In this document: positions 27,215 through 41,800 of the stretch, piece by piece
How positions within the stretch are numbered: position 1 is the stretch's first letter
Layout of the letters: the number at the start of each line of letters is the position of its first letter
NCBI GenBank assembly: GCA_964016885.1
Contig: OZ024743.1
Location: 253,270,001 to 253,334,000, forward strand
Reading direction: 5' to 3'
DNA from: Eledone cirrhosa
Taxonomy: Eukaryota
Length of the DNA: 64,000 nucleotides
Position numbers and translations under genes: made by a program
Notes under the pieces: model-generated
The model's database searches: none
Told to the model about the DNA's origin: nothing
What the model saw: only the letters and a program-made list of their open reading frames with translations

Positions 27215-28037
27215 ACAACTATGAATATCCATGGCTCCAGGTCTTGCATCGGGTTGTCTTCACAATACCGTGCAGATCATAGTTATCTGGTTCACTCTGA
27301 ACATGGCTGTGACTGTGGCATTTGAGACCAGATTTGCGCAAACATATCTTTCCACTCTCGGGGAACGCTAATTCAATGGAGACAGTGATCGTTTCGAGAG
27401 ATTCACCAGGACATTGCTTACGCACATCCCGTTTAATCTTCCCGTACTCTACGTGTCTGTCCTCAAAATTAATGACCCCATCATTCCACACCAAGTTTCT
27501 CTTTCAAGAGCTTCTATCTCCCAGTCAGCCACTATCAGACCAGTTTCTTTCAATGTGTCCCTTACACAATCTTTGAATCGGAGCTTTGGCTTGTGAGGTG
27601 GTCTCTTGCCTTTACAAAACTCGCAATACAAAAGTTCTGCAGAGGCGTCCGGTCCATCGCAAACGTCGTTGGTGAATGATACTTTCAATGCTCTGTGACG
27701 CACTGCTCTCAAGGACCTCAACATACTGACATGCATCTGCCACTTGATAACGAGCATGTTCCTGATACACTGCTGGTGAAATCCTTCCAGACTTTTGATA
27801 TGCCGTTTGTAGAAAACCCATGTCTGGTCACGCATGCGTGGTTTATGGGTGACTTATGTCAGGTTGGTCTCGAGTGGTACTGGTAACTTGTAACCTAGTA
27901 CAACCTGTTTCATGGTCGGGTCGTCAGTGACTAAATTGCCAAACCCACCAAGCTTGCTTGCTATTTAGACACCCTTCGGGATGAAATGCAAGACACGGCA
28001 AAGGGCGGAGGAACTCAGCAGAGTCAACCGCCATCCA
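27215..28037 (-). mobile_element. Internally deleted RTE (BovB-like) LINE: putative 5' UTR fused to ORF C-terminus
   Basis: TWVFYKRHIKSLEGFHQQCIRNMLVIKWQ, ELLYCE...GKRPPHKPKLRFKDCVRDTLK, terminal finger remnant PESGKICLRKSGLKCHSHSH; GC-rich structured segment 27850-28037 upstream. Confidence 0.8.
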
Positions 28038-28124
28038 AATATGTATATATATATGTCTCTCAGGCATGACACCCTTAATTTAATTTTGGATATATATATA
28101 TATATATATATTAATATTTATATA

Positions 28125-28618
28125 TGGCAAGCCAAAAGACACAAACATTAACGAAATCAAGACAGAATAGATTAAAATTTGTGGATAGTTTTTTAACGGT
28201 CAGAAGTAGAGAAAGTCAATCCATAAAGTTGCGGGTTATACCCTTCATTAGATGGTAGAGATGAAATGATGTGGAGAAAATGAGGAAAACTGTTAGTGAA
28301 TTGAAAATAAATTGTATATATCGTTGCTAAGACATGGCAGTTGTGATAGCAGAGCTTGAGCAGGCGGGAATGAGTTAACAACAAAAAAAAGCGTGTAATA
28401 TGCAGCTAAGTGTGAGCTTTGGGGGGGGGGGGGGGGTGTTAGAGAAACAGTGACAGCGAATCCAATACTGGAGGGTTAGAGCCAAGAAAGCAACTCTTGT
28501 TCAAGACTTAGTCCAGATTGGCTAGACCCACCCATAACATATTTAAGTTGCTGGTGGAATGGCCGAAAAACCAAGCATGAAAGTAGTCGGAGGAAGCGTC
28601 TACAAAGCGAATACCAAA
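28125..28618 (-). mobile_element. Penelope-like element 3' end: GIY-YIG C-terminal remnant plus decayed hammerhead
   Basis: Minus-strand [22 protein letters not shown]...LEQELL..LGSNPP resembles PLE endonuclease ends (HFN..GHS..DL.V.GL...EQ..I..LG.L.P); downstream ccat-CTAATGA-agggt ata accc-GCAA-ct-TT-atgg at 28255-28221. Confidence 0.55.
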
Positions 28619-28642
28619 TACACACACACACACACACACACC

Positions 28643-28730
<88 letters not shown>

Positions 28731-28850
28731 CATATATATATTTATATATATATTTTTATAGGCACAAACATACCTGTATACAAATATGTATGTATATATA
28801 TATATATGTATATATATGTGTTTGTGTGTGTGTGTGTGTGTGTATTTGTA

Positions 28851-28882
<32 letters not shown>

Positions 28883-29201
28883 CGTGTGTGTGTGGTAAGA
28901 AACTTCCAGGACAGCTGGACAGCAGATGGTCTTTAGAGAAGAAATCCCCCTCAAGCGAGCGTCGGCACTTATCTTCTATACATATTAGCTATACACACAC
29001 AAGCTTACACACATAACCTCATAGTATGTGAAGGTGTATTGAAAAGCAATTTACAAACTGATTAAAACTCAAACTCATAAACTCCTGTATAAATCAACTC
29101 TACTACAAACATTTAATACACTCGCCATCGTTTGTGACACCCCAATAGTATACCCTCCGCCATACTGCTCTCACACATATATGTATATACACACGCTATC
29201 A

Positions 29202-29278
<77 letters not shown>

Positions 29279-29360
29279 TATGACAAATTGAGGAAGAGAG
29301 AGTTTTGTATGGATTAGTGTGTATGTATGTATGATTGTGTGTATGCGTATGTGGGTATGC

Positions 29361-29414
<54 letters not shown>

Positions 29415-29859
29415 GTGTGTGGGTGTGTGTGTGTGGATAGATAGATAAATAGATATTTCACTATCTATTTAACTAGAAATAGGAAAATTAAAAATCCATA
29501 AAATGCTAAAGCACATTAAAAAATTAAACCGTTATAAAAAAAAGCAAATGGAAGTCAAAAAACTAAAACTAAAAATATAAAAAATAAAAATAAAGAATAA
29601 TAAAATAAACAAGAAAAGGCATTAAAAAGAAAAGCACCGCTAATAGCAAAGAACAGAAAATGATATCACATATTTAGTCAAGGGAAAAATAAGCCCGTGC
29701 CTTTCAAGTAGAATCAATTATTGAAAACCATTTGTAGAAGCTGAGCACAAGGCTGCCATCAAAGGGAATATATTTAATGAGATTATATATGCTGGTTTTA
29801 CAGCGGCAGACTCAATTACGTAATCCATGATGAACTCAATTCTACGGTGTATATAAATA

Positions 29860-29893
<34 letters not shown>

Positions 29894-29921
29894 CATATAC
29901 ACATGCATAAATATAAATATA

Positions 29922-29956
<35 letters not shown>

Positions 29957-30068
29957 CTCACACACATACACACACACACATATATATATATATATTTACA
30001 AAGGTAAACCATAGTGACCGACATATACTGAGGCCAAACACCCTTTGAGACGGATTATAAAGTAAAAA

Positions 30069-32700
30069 AATGTTTTCTTTATTAACCTCAAGGGTTTATA
30101 AAACAATAACAATAAATACAGCACAAGGCGGTATAAATGAGGCATCTGCGTGTAAAAGCAGCTATAACAAAAATATGAAGTATGTAATAAATTAAAAAAG
30201 AAGGGGAAAGAAGGGTAAACGTCTTGATCTTCCTCTACAAGTAAAGGACTTTAATCAAGGCGTCGCCGAATTTGGCATTTATACGTGAAACTTGTAGAGC
30301 AGACTATCCAAAGCTGGTTACTTGTGCCTCGTGCAGACAAGAAGAACGTCCTGAATTTCGGCTGATGTTATCAGGCTTTCGTAGCATTTAGTATTGGCTG
30401 GCGTGGGTCACAGGAGGTAATTAATGCAGGAACTGGAGTCTGCCACTGTCTCTGTACTTCCACTCTCCCCGAACAGCTGGGCAAAGTGCCTGGAATCGTT
30501 CAGCACGAGTTCGTCTCGGTCCGTCGAACACCTCATTACATAGTTTTTTAGAGCACGCGCCTTACCTCTGACATTGCAACCTTCATTTTTGGCATTAAAG
30601 AAATGGTAGAAATGCCATTCCCACTGCTAGCACATCAGTTGCTCTACCACGTCTAATCGCTTCATCTAATTTAGATACCAGCTCGCTCTCATTTCAATGT
30701 TTTGTTATCACTATTTCTCTACTAAAACCTATTGAAACTGCTTTAATCTCTGTTTCCTAAGAGCTCATCACCACCTGTTTTTGACGACTCACCTTCTGAA
30801 CTTACATTTAATTAAATGGTGACCTGGTCTCTGTACACTTTACGCAGTAAACTTTACATGTTAAGCTTCCAGTAACCAACTACTATCATACCAGTTCTCA
30901 GTAGGTCGGCCATTCAAATCACAAATCTGTTACCTACATCGACGATCGTTTGGAAATGTGGAAAACCTATACTATCCTTATCTGTAGACCTAATGGAAAA
31001 ACCTATCTACATACGATCTATATGACCGTATGGAGTTGATCCAGGCCCCCACTAGTTGGTATCTGTGAGACAGTTGGAACTGGCTGAGCAGGTGCAGGAG
31101 CCTTTTGCACCCCCATTTGTATCAGCTATGCCCACACAATCCAAGCGTGCGTCTAAGATGCCTTTGCAGTTCTCCGCTAATAGAAAGGCTTCAAGGCGCC
31201 TAAAGAAATCTATCAGTTTTTGATGGCCCTTTTTACTAGTATGGATTTTTCTGTGGATGTGCTTGGTTGTTGTGGTTATGGTTGTTTTCGTTTAGGTGTT
31301 TGTGATAGCAGTGGTGGTCTTGGTGTTGTTGGAGATATGTCTGTGTTAGTTGTGCATGTGTCGTGTCTGCATTGTATGGTGTGTGTGTGTGTGATATATG
31401 ATTTTTTTTTATTTTCTTGTGTTTGCTTTTTATTTTTGTTGCTCTTCTTGGCTGTCCATCGTCTCCGAGGTCTCTGTCCGTTTTTAGTAGTTTGTGTATT
31501 TGTGTTTGTCCGCTTATTTATGTGGGTATGTATTGTTTGGGGAGGGGGGGGGAGCGCTTTCATCATCTCTTCCCCTTGGAATAAATGTATGTTAGTTTTT
31601 GTTGGTGGTGCTGTTGCGTCTACTGTTGTTGCCACGGTTTTTTGTCCCGGTACTTGTGTTGGCAGCGTCGGAGGTTTGCGGCACCATGCAATTTTCAGCT
31701 GAGACCTGAAGGATCGCAAATTGTTGCTTCACCGCAGACGAAGGAGTGCGTCTCTTAGCCTTCAATAACCACTTTTAACTCGGACCCGTCCTGAAAGAGA
31801 ACATGATAAGGGATACTTTTAGTTTCGTCCGAGTTTATTTTCAGAAGAATCTCCAAATACACGCCGGACACGTCTTCAATTTAACTTTTACTTACGTCAA
31901 GGAAGGTAGCATAAGGTCAGTCATGATTGGATCCTAGGAATGTGGGCTTGGTACGTGATAATGTGGGATGGTACGTGATAATGTGGTTCATTTTATAGGG
32001 AGACATCAAGCGTTTTATGGAAAGGGTCTCAGTTTTGAACAGCACCGAGACGGTACCGAACTGTCTTGCCCTTGCTATGCACCCAACGTTTACTCTGAAT
32101 CATATCAGTGCTGGCTCCACTTGTCATTGGGGTGCCAGTTCGGATTTACGGGGTTTTCACTGAAATGCATCTATCTATAAATCAGTGTCCTTCTTTGTGT
32201 TGCTGCCATTGCTTCTGCTGAGACGGTTATGTTGGCCCAGTTTTTTTCTCTTAATGAATTTCCATAATGGGCCAAATGCTCTTTGTTATCTGAGATATCA
32301 ACTTGAAAATATAAACAAAACTTATGGAACGATACTCACATACGTCTTGACAGACTAAACAACAACAACAACGACAACAACAACAAAAACAACAACAACA
32401 ACAATGACAATAATAATAATAAACATAATAATAGTAATAATAATAATAAGATAAGGGAAGGAGACGCACGTGGTGGATAGAATGGTATGAAATCGCTCCC
32501 CTAAGTTTTTGATTGTTAACATATTTAAAACAATTGTGATATAACAATTCTTAGTACAAATGATACATAAAGCACCAAACTCCACTCTCAGAAAATTCGG
32601 ATCCATAATACCCTGTTATATCGCTCAAATATTCAATTTTGTATTATAAATTTTATATTCAAAAAAGAAAATGGTTATAAATGGAATAAAACCCCCTCTG
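30069..32700 (-). mobile_element. Old, heavily deleted Tx1/L1-type LINE (copy C)
   Basis: Homology to copies A and B: aagcttccagtaacc (YWKLN), caccacctgtttttgacgac, ORF1 knuckle remnant at ~31690-31770, same 3' terminus (cccttgaggttaataaagaaa). Right boundary uncertain. Confidence 0.65.
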
Positions 32701-33435
32701 TCTACACTATATAGAACAGCCAAATAACAGCAATTTCACCAACACCACAAACTAGATACACCAGCAGCTATCCCATCAGCCCTCTGTGTACACTAAATAC
32801 AAAAGCCAGATAACGGCAATTTCATAACCACCACGACCAATCCCAGCATAATAATAATCATTACTATTATTGTATCTCAAGTTTTCTCAAAATGTTTAAT
32901 TCAAATATTAAGGAAATATGTCAAAACATATATTAAACATACGCGACAAACCGTATAGATACACAAATTAAACAAAGGCATCCTACTACAGTATATTAAA
33001 CAAAACTCAGTAACGACAACGCCATGACTATAGTCACCGCCGCCACCACTCCATCCATCGTTGCTACCACTATCGCATCACCGCCGCCACCACTCCTTCA
33101 TTGCTACCACCACTATTCCCCCACTGACTTCTGTTAACTTAAGAAAGGGGAAGGTGGCGGTATTACTCGACAAGGGAGAGGCTAGCAAATGATATAAATA
33201 GACTGACTTAGTGACTCGGTCAAACGTCGAAGACTATGGCACTGCTGGCTCGCCCCTTCTCCACCAACAATATAAAAAGCCCCAGCAGCACCACCGGCAT
33301 AGCCAACAACAATAACAGGCAACTTCAGCAAAAAGTATATTATATTGTTAATAATAATTTCATTCTTAAGCCACGCAATGCTCACATTAAGGAACCACTC
33401 ATGATAATAACAATTTAAAATACAACAAAAAAGAA

Positions 33436-36400
33436 AACCCCGTGACCAAGTAATACGGGGATGGCGGCCGGCGGAGAATAGCCGTGTCTCTAGGGGAGGA
33501 CGACCCCTCTAGTCTTGGTTGACACTCTTCCTAGAAGTGGTAACACGAAATGATTACCCCTTGGCGGTTAAGGATAAAACGCGACAAAATAAAGTAAATG
33601 TCAAATGATATAATCTCATACCGGATCGGCCGTCACCCGGGTCAAAAAGGGCCGCGTCCCTCAGAGAGGAGCCAGACTTGGGGCGAAAAATCAGCTAATG
33701 GTTCAAACCTTCCAATCACTTCGGAGCTGGAGACCTCCCATAACCGGAATACTCCTACTGTTGGCCCTCCATGCTCACCACCAAGAAATCCAAAGAAAAA
33801 GAGAGAAAAATGGTCAAAGGAAGACAATAAAGAAGTCCTTGAGGCTTTCTACACTGCCATGTACTACCCATCAAATATATCGAATACAGAGCAGACATAT
33901 ATCAACTGGAACAAGAAACATCCCGAAAACAGAGGCTATATTGACAGTAACAAACTAGCCAATATACGAAGAAATATTGTTAAAAAAGGTTACTAACTGA
34001 TATAGAAATTGATCAGATCAAGCTATTAGCACAAAGTCAGCGAAGGGAAAATGAAATGTCAGTGAAAACGAGGTAAATTGTAACACTTCGAATTCCAGGA
34101 TTGGGGCAGAATCACTGACAACAGAACAAATTAAAGAAAGGATCGAAAAAGTGGAGGGAGTGTATGCTCAAGATGAAACTCAAAATGAAAACAATGATAT
34201 CGTAAAGGATAAGGAAATGAATGAGAATGAACTTGCCAACTTGAAGGATGAAATTATGATCGAATAGATGAAAATGAAAGAATCTGACATAGGGGAACGA
34301 GACACCCTCCCTAAGATCCAGAACTCCAAACAGAACCAAAAGATAATACACAAGACTAACATAATTCTCAAAAACTTTATCATCACAAACAAACTAAACA
34401 TTACTGATTTAAATCATCTCTATTATGCATCGGCTAAAGTCACCACTCACTTATGTGGAGTGAAAATGAAAAAACAAAGGTATTCCCATAAGAAATCTAC
34501 TTGGCAAGAGAACATCAATCGCCAAATAAACCTTCTCCGATCTGACGTAGAAATGTTAACAAACTACAAAGTAGGTTAACGAGTTAAACAAACTAAACTT
34601 ATAAAATTGAAAGAGTATACAGTATAAAATCAACAAGTGACATAGACATGCTGAAAGAAATAATCAAGCAAAAAGTGACGGCCAAAGCTGCTCGTATAAG
34701 GCGCTTTGAAAAACGATCTAGATTCTATAAGGACAATAATATGCTCAAAAACAACCAAAGAAACTTCTACAGAAAAATTGGCAAGTCAACAATAACTGCT
34801 AAATCAATACCACCCAAGGAGGAGTGCAAGAATTTGGGGAAAAGATCTGGGCCGAAGAAAAAGTTCATAATATACATGCCCGATGGATAGACAGACAAAT
34901 GAAAGATACAGCTCAACCTGAGGAACAAATATGGGAATATATAACAGTTGAACAGTTGCGTTTGGCTCTTAGAATAACCAGCTAATGGAAATCCCCAGGA
35001 AAAGACAAAATACCAAATTTTTGGATACATGCCTTCACAGAGTCTCATGAGCTGTTAGCCCAACTTTACAATGAAATAGTTAAGGAGCCAGAAAAGATAC
35101 TATCATGGCTAATTAACGGCGCTACATTCCTGCTTCCGAAGAATGATGAGACAAACAATCATAAAAATTACAGACCCACAACCTGCTTGACCACAATGTA
35201 TAAAATGTTAACATCAATCCTAACTGAATATACATATGACCACCTGATAACAAATGACCTATTTCCCAATGAGTAGAAAGGGTGTAAACGAGGCTCATAT
35301 GGCTGTAAGGATCAGCTTTTGGTTAACAAAATGATACTGGAAGATTGTCATAATAGACACAAAAATCTATCAATTGCTTGGATAGATTATAAAAAAAGCA
35401 TTCGATAGTTTGCCACACAGTTGGATTGAAAAATGTTAGAGACCTTCAAAATATCTCCCGTTGTCAGGAGGTTCTTGTCATGGAAAACGACACTCCTTTT
35501 GAATAGTGAAAAGGAATCATTGGAAGCTGGAGAAGTTAATATTATTTGTGGAATTTTTCAGGGTGACTCTTTATCACCGCTTTTATTCTGCATCGCATTA
35601 AGTAAAATGCTCAATGAAACAAAACATGGATATAAAGTCTTTGACAAACCATTAATCACTTGTTCTACATGGATGACCTGAAACTATTTGCAAAAAATGA
35701 ACAATTGTGGAGCAGTTCAGTGATGACATTAAAATGGAGTTTGGACTAGATAAATGCGCTAGAGGAAAGCTGCTGAAAAGTTCAGACATTAATCTTGATC
35801 GGGGGAATGTGATAAGAGAACTTGATCAAGAGGAAACTTACACATATCTAGGTGTTTGTGAAGGAGACGGAATCAAGCACTCGACAATGATGGAAAGGAT
35901 AAGGAAGGAATGTTACCGCAGAGTAAGAGCAATCTTAAGAACGGAATTGAATGCAAGGAATAGGATCGATGCCATAAACACGCTTGCCATACCAGTAGTA
36001 ACCTACAGTTACAATGTCATCAACTGGTTAAGCACAGAGATCCGTAGGCTCGATACAAAAATTCGAAAATTCTTAACCATGCACAGAATGCATCACCCTA
36101 AGGCAGATACAGATAGAATATATCTCCCTAGGAAAGAATGAGGACGTGGGTTAATCCAGTTAGATATTGCGTTGAAAACTGCAACAATTGGATTATCTAC
36201 ATATCTAAGGGAATCACATGATTGGATGATCAAACTCGTTTTGAAATACGAAAGCATCAAAAGATCATACTCCATTACAAAAGATGCACAAAGAAACAGT
36301 AATGGACTACACATTTCAGAAGTCCCATTTACTGCTGAAATGGAAAACACAGAAAAAGCAAAGCAGGTAAAAGTAACTGCAAAGAAAGAACTGCTACAGA

Positions 36401-37338
36401 AACTGGCTAAGAAATGGCAAGATAAGCCTCTGTATGGAAAATACTCAGAAAGAGCTAACAATCCTGATGTTGACAAAACTTTAACCCATCAGTGGTTGGC
36501 ATCCTCTGGACTGAGATCGGAGACTGAAGGACTGATTATATCAGCACAAGATCAGTGTCTGCCAACAAAAAATTACCAAGCCAACATAATAAAAAATGGA
36601 TGCAACCCATTATGCAGTGTATGTAAAAAACAACCAGAGACCATTGATAATATAATTTCAATGTGCCCTATAGCTCCAACCGAATACCTAAACAGGCATG
36701 ACAGAGCTGCACAATACATACATTGGATAATGTGTAAGAATTTTGACCTGCCCCATTAAAAGAATTGGTGGGAGCATCAACCACCTCCCATACTTGAAAA
36801 AGATCACATCTCAATCTTGTGGAACTTTAGCATCCAAACAGACCGAAAAATAGATGCAAATAGACCTGATATAATATTGAAGGACTTTAAAAAGAGGGTA
36901 TGCCTGCTAATTGATATGTCTGTCCCAATAGACAAGAATGTATCTATAAAAACATTTGAAAAATTGAGCAAGTATAAGGACCTGGAGATAGAAATTGGAA
37001 AAATGTGGAAATTGAGAACTGAAACAATACCAGTGGTTGTAGGCGCTCTAGGAATGATACCTAAGGGGTCTAATGATTACTTATCGCAAATCCCAGGAAA
37101 ACCGCGTATAGGAGAAATATAAAAGATAGTACTAATGGGAACTGCCCATATACTAAGGAAGATTCTGTCAATATAAGTACATCACAATTCTAAACACCTA
37201 AAGATGCATGTGTGTGTATGTATGTTCTTTCTTGAACATGGCGGACCTTGTTGTCTCTTGAGGTCACTGGTTGTGACTTGGTAATAACTCGTATGAACAT
37301 AAAGCAAGAGAAATGCAACTATAATAATAATAATAATA
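33436..37338 (+). mobile_element. R4/Dong-clade non-LTR retrotransposon, near full length, pseudogenised
   Basis: Single broken ORF 33598-37175: N-terminal [75 protein letters not shown], zinc motif CSVC..ETIDNIISMC, RHD, RLE NRPDII...D...K..KY; (TAA)n tail. Confidence 0.92.
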
Positions 37339-37340
37339 AT

Positions 37341-38762
37341 TGACACTGTCTGTATTTTCAGCAATGGTATATGTATGTAATTTGGTATTAATCAGTGTGG
37401 ACTCCTAGTGATGAAGTGAGGGTAAATTGAGCAGAGTAACGGAATCCAGGTACCAGCAGGTGAGATGATAAAGGAAATTGACACTGAAAAAGGATACAAA
37501 TATTTAGGTGTTCTGGAAGCAGATGACATCAAGAACAAAAGAATGAAGGAATTGATAAGTACATAAGGAGAGTAAGGAGCGTATTAAAATCACATCTAAA
37601 TAGTAGGAATGTCATAAGTGCAGTGAATTCCCGAGCTGTGTCTATTATTAGGTACAGTGCAGAAATTCTGAAATGGAACGTTGCTGAACAAAAAGAAATG
37701 GATAGAATACTAGGAAGCTATTGACTATCTACAACATGTTTCACAAGAGGAGTGATGTCGATATACTCTACTTGCACAAATACGTGACCGACAGTAGGGA
37801 GCCAATGCTACAAAATTGCACTGAAGGAGAAGACAATAGACCAGAGGATGTCCAAGGAGGAAATAACAATAAGGAGAAAGAACAACCTTCATGAAAAATC
37901 CCTTCATAGTACCTTCTTTGAGAAAACTGAATTCAGAGATCCACAGACATGGAACTGGTTAAAAATAGGAGACCTTAAAAAAGCTACAGAAGGAATGCTA
38001 ATCGCTGCGCAGGAGCAAGCGCTCAGAAAGAAGTGTGTGAAACACCATATTTACAAGGAGGAGGCTAGCCCACTGAGTAGGATCTATGGAGAGAGAGAGG
38101 AGACTGTGGCTCACATTATATCCGAGTGTAAACACCTAGCCCAGACTCACTATAAAGGCTGGAGACATGATGTGATAGGCATGGTGATCCACTGGCATCT
38201 ATGCAAAGTAAACAATTTACCACATTCTGAGAAGTGGTATGAGCATAAGCCAGAGTCGGTGATAGAAAACGATCAGGTGAAGTTGCTATGGGATTTTAGG
38301 ATACAGACGGACAAGAAATTAGAATACAATAGGCCTGACCTGGTGGTTTTGGACGAGGAAAAAAGATCGTGTCTGATTGTAGATGTAGCCTGCCCATTTG
38401 ACACGAGAGTGCAAGAAAAGGAGATTGAGAAAATTAACCGATACCAGGACTTAAGGTGGGAGGTAAAAAGGATTTGGAACTGCCATGAAATCAAGGTCGT
38501 CCCGATTGTCATAGGCGCACTAGGTACTATCTCAAAGAGTTTCCAAGGATGGTTAAAGAAAATTGGCCCCGCCCCGCTATTTGGAACACTTCAAAAGGCA
38601 TGCTTGCTGGTAACAGCAAAAACCCTCCGATACGTCCTGAATAGCTGAGGCTGCAGGTAGTGGCTTGATATTCATTTCAACAAACTTTCCAATTAACCAA
38701 CATCAATGTCTGAGATTCAAAGAACAATAATAATAATATTAATAATAATAATAACATAATAA
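37341..38762 (+). mobile_element. 5'-truncated R4/Dong-clade copy (same family as 43435-47050)
   Basis: High identity to 45598-47020; ORF 37848-38648 with AAQEQAL, ETVAHIISEC, RHD, WDFRIQTD, NRPDLV...DVACP; same 3' UTR and (TAA)n tail. Confidence 0.92.
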
Positions 38763-38764
38763 TA

Positions 38765-38855
38765 ATTGTTTCTACTTTTGGCACAAGGCCAGCAATTATC
38801 CAGTGTATTACTGGTCCTTTATTTTATCGACCCCGTACGGATGAAAGGCAAAGAT
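38765..38855 (-). mobile_element. 5'-truncated SINE family 1 copy inside the (TAA)n tract
   Basis: ttgtttctacttttggcacaaggccagc...ttttatcgaccccgtacggatgaaaggcaaag. Confidence 0.85.
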
Positions 38856-38896
38856 AAATAATAATAATAATAATAATAATTATTATTATTATTATT

Positions 38897-41800
38897 ATTG
38901 GCCACAAGGGCTGATATCAAGAAAAACATTACAGACGGCACAGGTCGGTACGATGTGGGTTTCGTGCGTGTAAACATTTTTATTATTTATATAAGAAAAG
39001 AAAAAAAAAAGGACATAAAACATATATATATATAAACAATAAAAATGAAAATTGAAACAATAAAAAATTCCCCAATAGGGGGAAAACCTCCGAGGGTTAC
39101 TCGTGGCGAAAACCACAAAAAAGAGCAGGGCCACCCTGACATACAGGGAAAGCGCCCTCTCTCAATTTTTCCATCTCTCAAAATACAGACGTATATTCAG
39201 AGTGGTCCCGTCCCGTTCACTCAGACCATTCTCGCTACATTCACCCACCTTTCAACAAACTTGCTAGACAGCAGCACTTGCCTCTCCACCCTGATTTTCC
39301 TCTTCAAGTGAAACTTGAAAAAGTTAATTAGGGATTCGCCGAAGATGAAAGTGTTTGTCTTTAACCCCTTTAACCTTGTCCACCACACAATCTCTTTCGC
39401 CATGGCCACCAGGCAGATGAAAACCGCCTGCCCATCCTCTTTGAAGGAAGACGGTGAGACCATCTGCACAATGGACTCAGTCGACAACCGGATCAGTCCC
39501 ACACGTGACAGCAACTGTTCGACATAGCTCCACAAGTCAGCAATGCTCGGTCACTGAACGAGTGCGTGCACAACGGTTTCGTCGCTCTGCGCGCGTCTCG
39601 GACAGGCTAGGCTGACGGCACTTCCGTGCCTGTAGAGCTTATCTCGAACCGGCAGCGCTCCCCGGTAGCACTGCCAGGCCAGGGATGTTTGGAAGTTATC
39701 CATAGGCCCCGGGCTGAAAGTTCTCCGGAAGAGAGCAAACAGCTGATCTTCTTCGACGCCCAGGGTCTCTCCGAGAATGTCGTCGCTCTTCGCTTCCACT
39801 AGTCCTCTATAGAACGCCGAGGTGGATGTTCCACCGATACTGGTGCCCAACTGGGAGAAGGCAGTAAGCGCCTGGAGACATTCCAGTTTCCAAGCGCTAT
39901 CCCTCGGTCTTTTTCTGACCCAGGACTGCAGCTCCGTCACGGAGACGAGCTGTGGGAAAACCTGCCTGGCGAACGGCGACCACACCCGTTCACCATCACG
40001 GAAGCACCAGAGATGTCGCAGCCTCAGCGCATGTTTGCGCATCATCAGCCATGGCATGCCCAGTCGTCCACGCAACGGGTGTTGACAGCAGCTGGATCGT
40101 CTGACCATGGGAGCGCGTCCCTTCCAAAAAAAAGGGGAAAAGGAGGTGCTCCATTTTGGTGAGAGTCGGGCTGGAGCAGGGACGACGGTGAGGAGGTAGC
40201 AGATGACGGATGCGATGTACGCATTCGCGACTTCCGCCCGGCCTTTCAGGAACAGCTTCCTCTCAGCCCATTTCTGGGTGAGGGATGCCACCCTGCTCGT
40301 CACCTTGTTCCATTTTTTCTCCACCTGGAGGTCCGGTCCGAACCAGAGCGCGAGCAATTTAACCGGTCCGTCCGTCCAACGCCCCACGACGCTGTCGGAC
40401 GGCATGGACTTGCCTCTCCAGGTGCCGAGCTGCAAGCCCACCGACTTTTCCTGGTTTATCTTTGCTCCTGTCACCGCTTCGTATTCCTTGAGAGCGGTGC
40501 CGAGCATCTGGACGTGTCTGGTGCTCGACACCACCACGGTGACGTCGTCAGCGTAAGCCGACTCGGATTTCCCTCATCCTAGTTCGTGTGGGACGCCCCT
40601 CATCGCCCCCAGTTTCTGCAGTAACGCCTCGAGAGCCAATACGTACAAGAGGGACGAGCGGGGACAACCCTGGCGGACTGAGCGCTTGATGCTGAACGGC
40701 TGCGACAGGTGACCGTTCACACTCACAACTGAGCAGATGTGGTTGTACATTGCTGCGATCCAACCCCAGAAAACGGGCCCAAAACCGGCTGCCTCGATGA
40801 CCGCCGCCAGGTACCGATGGTCGACCCTATCGAATGCTTTGGATCGATCCAAGTTGATCAGGGCCCCACCCTTGCCAGGTTCCTTAACCACCCTCTCTAT
40901 GATGTATCGCATGAGGTGGAGGTTGTCGTGTCCGGAATGGCGCATGTCTGCGTCTCTCCCACCATACCCTTGACGACAAGCGCCAACCTCATTGCTAACA
41001 CCTTGGCTAAAATCTTGAACTCTGCGTTTAGCAGGGTTATGGGCCTGAAATTATCGATAACATCCCCCTTGTTCGGGTCTTTTCTCAGCAGCGCCACTGC
41101 TCCCCGACTCACAAAACTGGGAATGCACCCGTTCTGCTGCCAGTTGCAGTAGACGTATGCCAAGAGGTCATCGAACAAGTCTGGCATAAATGTATAAAGC
41201 TTGTAAGGCAGACCATCTAAACCTGGCTATTTACCCCTTGTGCAATTAGCCATCGCTTCCCGTATTTTACCGGCTTTTATTAGCTTTTCGCAACACTGTG
41301 CTGCGGTCGTCGAGACCCGAGGCAGTCCGTCGAGGTATGCACTGAAGTCCATGCCCCGATCCGGGCCGCCGGCGCTCCCGAACAGTTCAGCAAAGTGCTG
41401 CTGAAAAGCCGCACACATCCGCTCGGGTTCGACCATCACGCACCCGTTTGGTCAGACATAGACCGAATTGTAGCTTTGTTGCCACGTCGCGCCTCTGCCA
41501 CCCGGGCCCATTGGACGGCTTTTGTCCCCTCGTGTTTCAGAGCACGCGCTCTAGCTCTGACAACGCAGCCTTCGTTTTTTGCGTTGAAGAATTGGTCGAG
41601 TGCCAATCTCGCCGCAAGTACGTCGGTTGCGATGCCTGTCCTAAACGCCTCTTCTAGCTTTCTAACTAGCTCTCTCTCTACTCTATTTTCCTCTATCACT
41701 ACTCCTTTGCTAAACCTAATCGACTATACTTTAATTGCCCTTTTCAGGGCGAACCACCACCTGTTGTTGACGACCGTTCCCGTCAAAGCCCGCTTAACTA

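Noticed and set aside
27940-28037. HDV-like ribozyme at the RTE 5' end
   Set aside because: Could not place P1, the P1.1 GG and the catalytic C consistently; only simple hairpins are supported.
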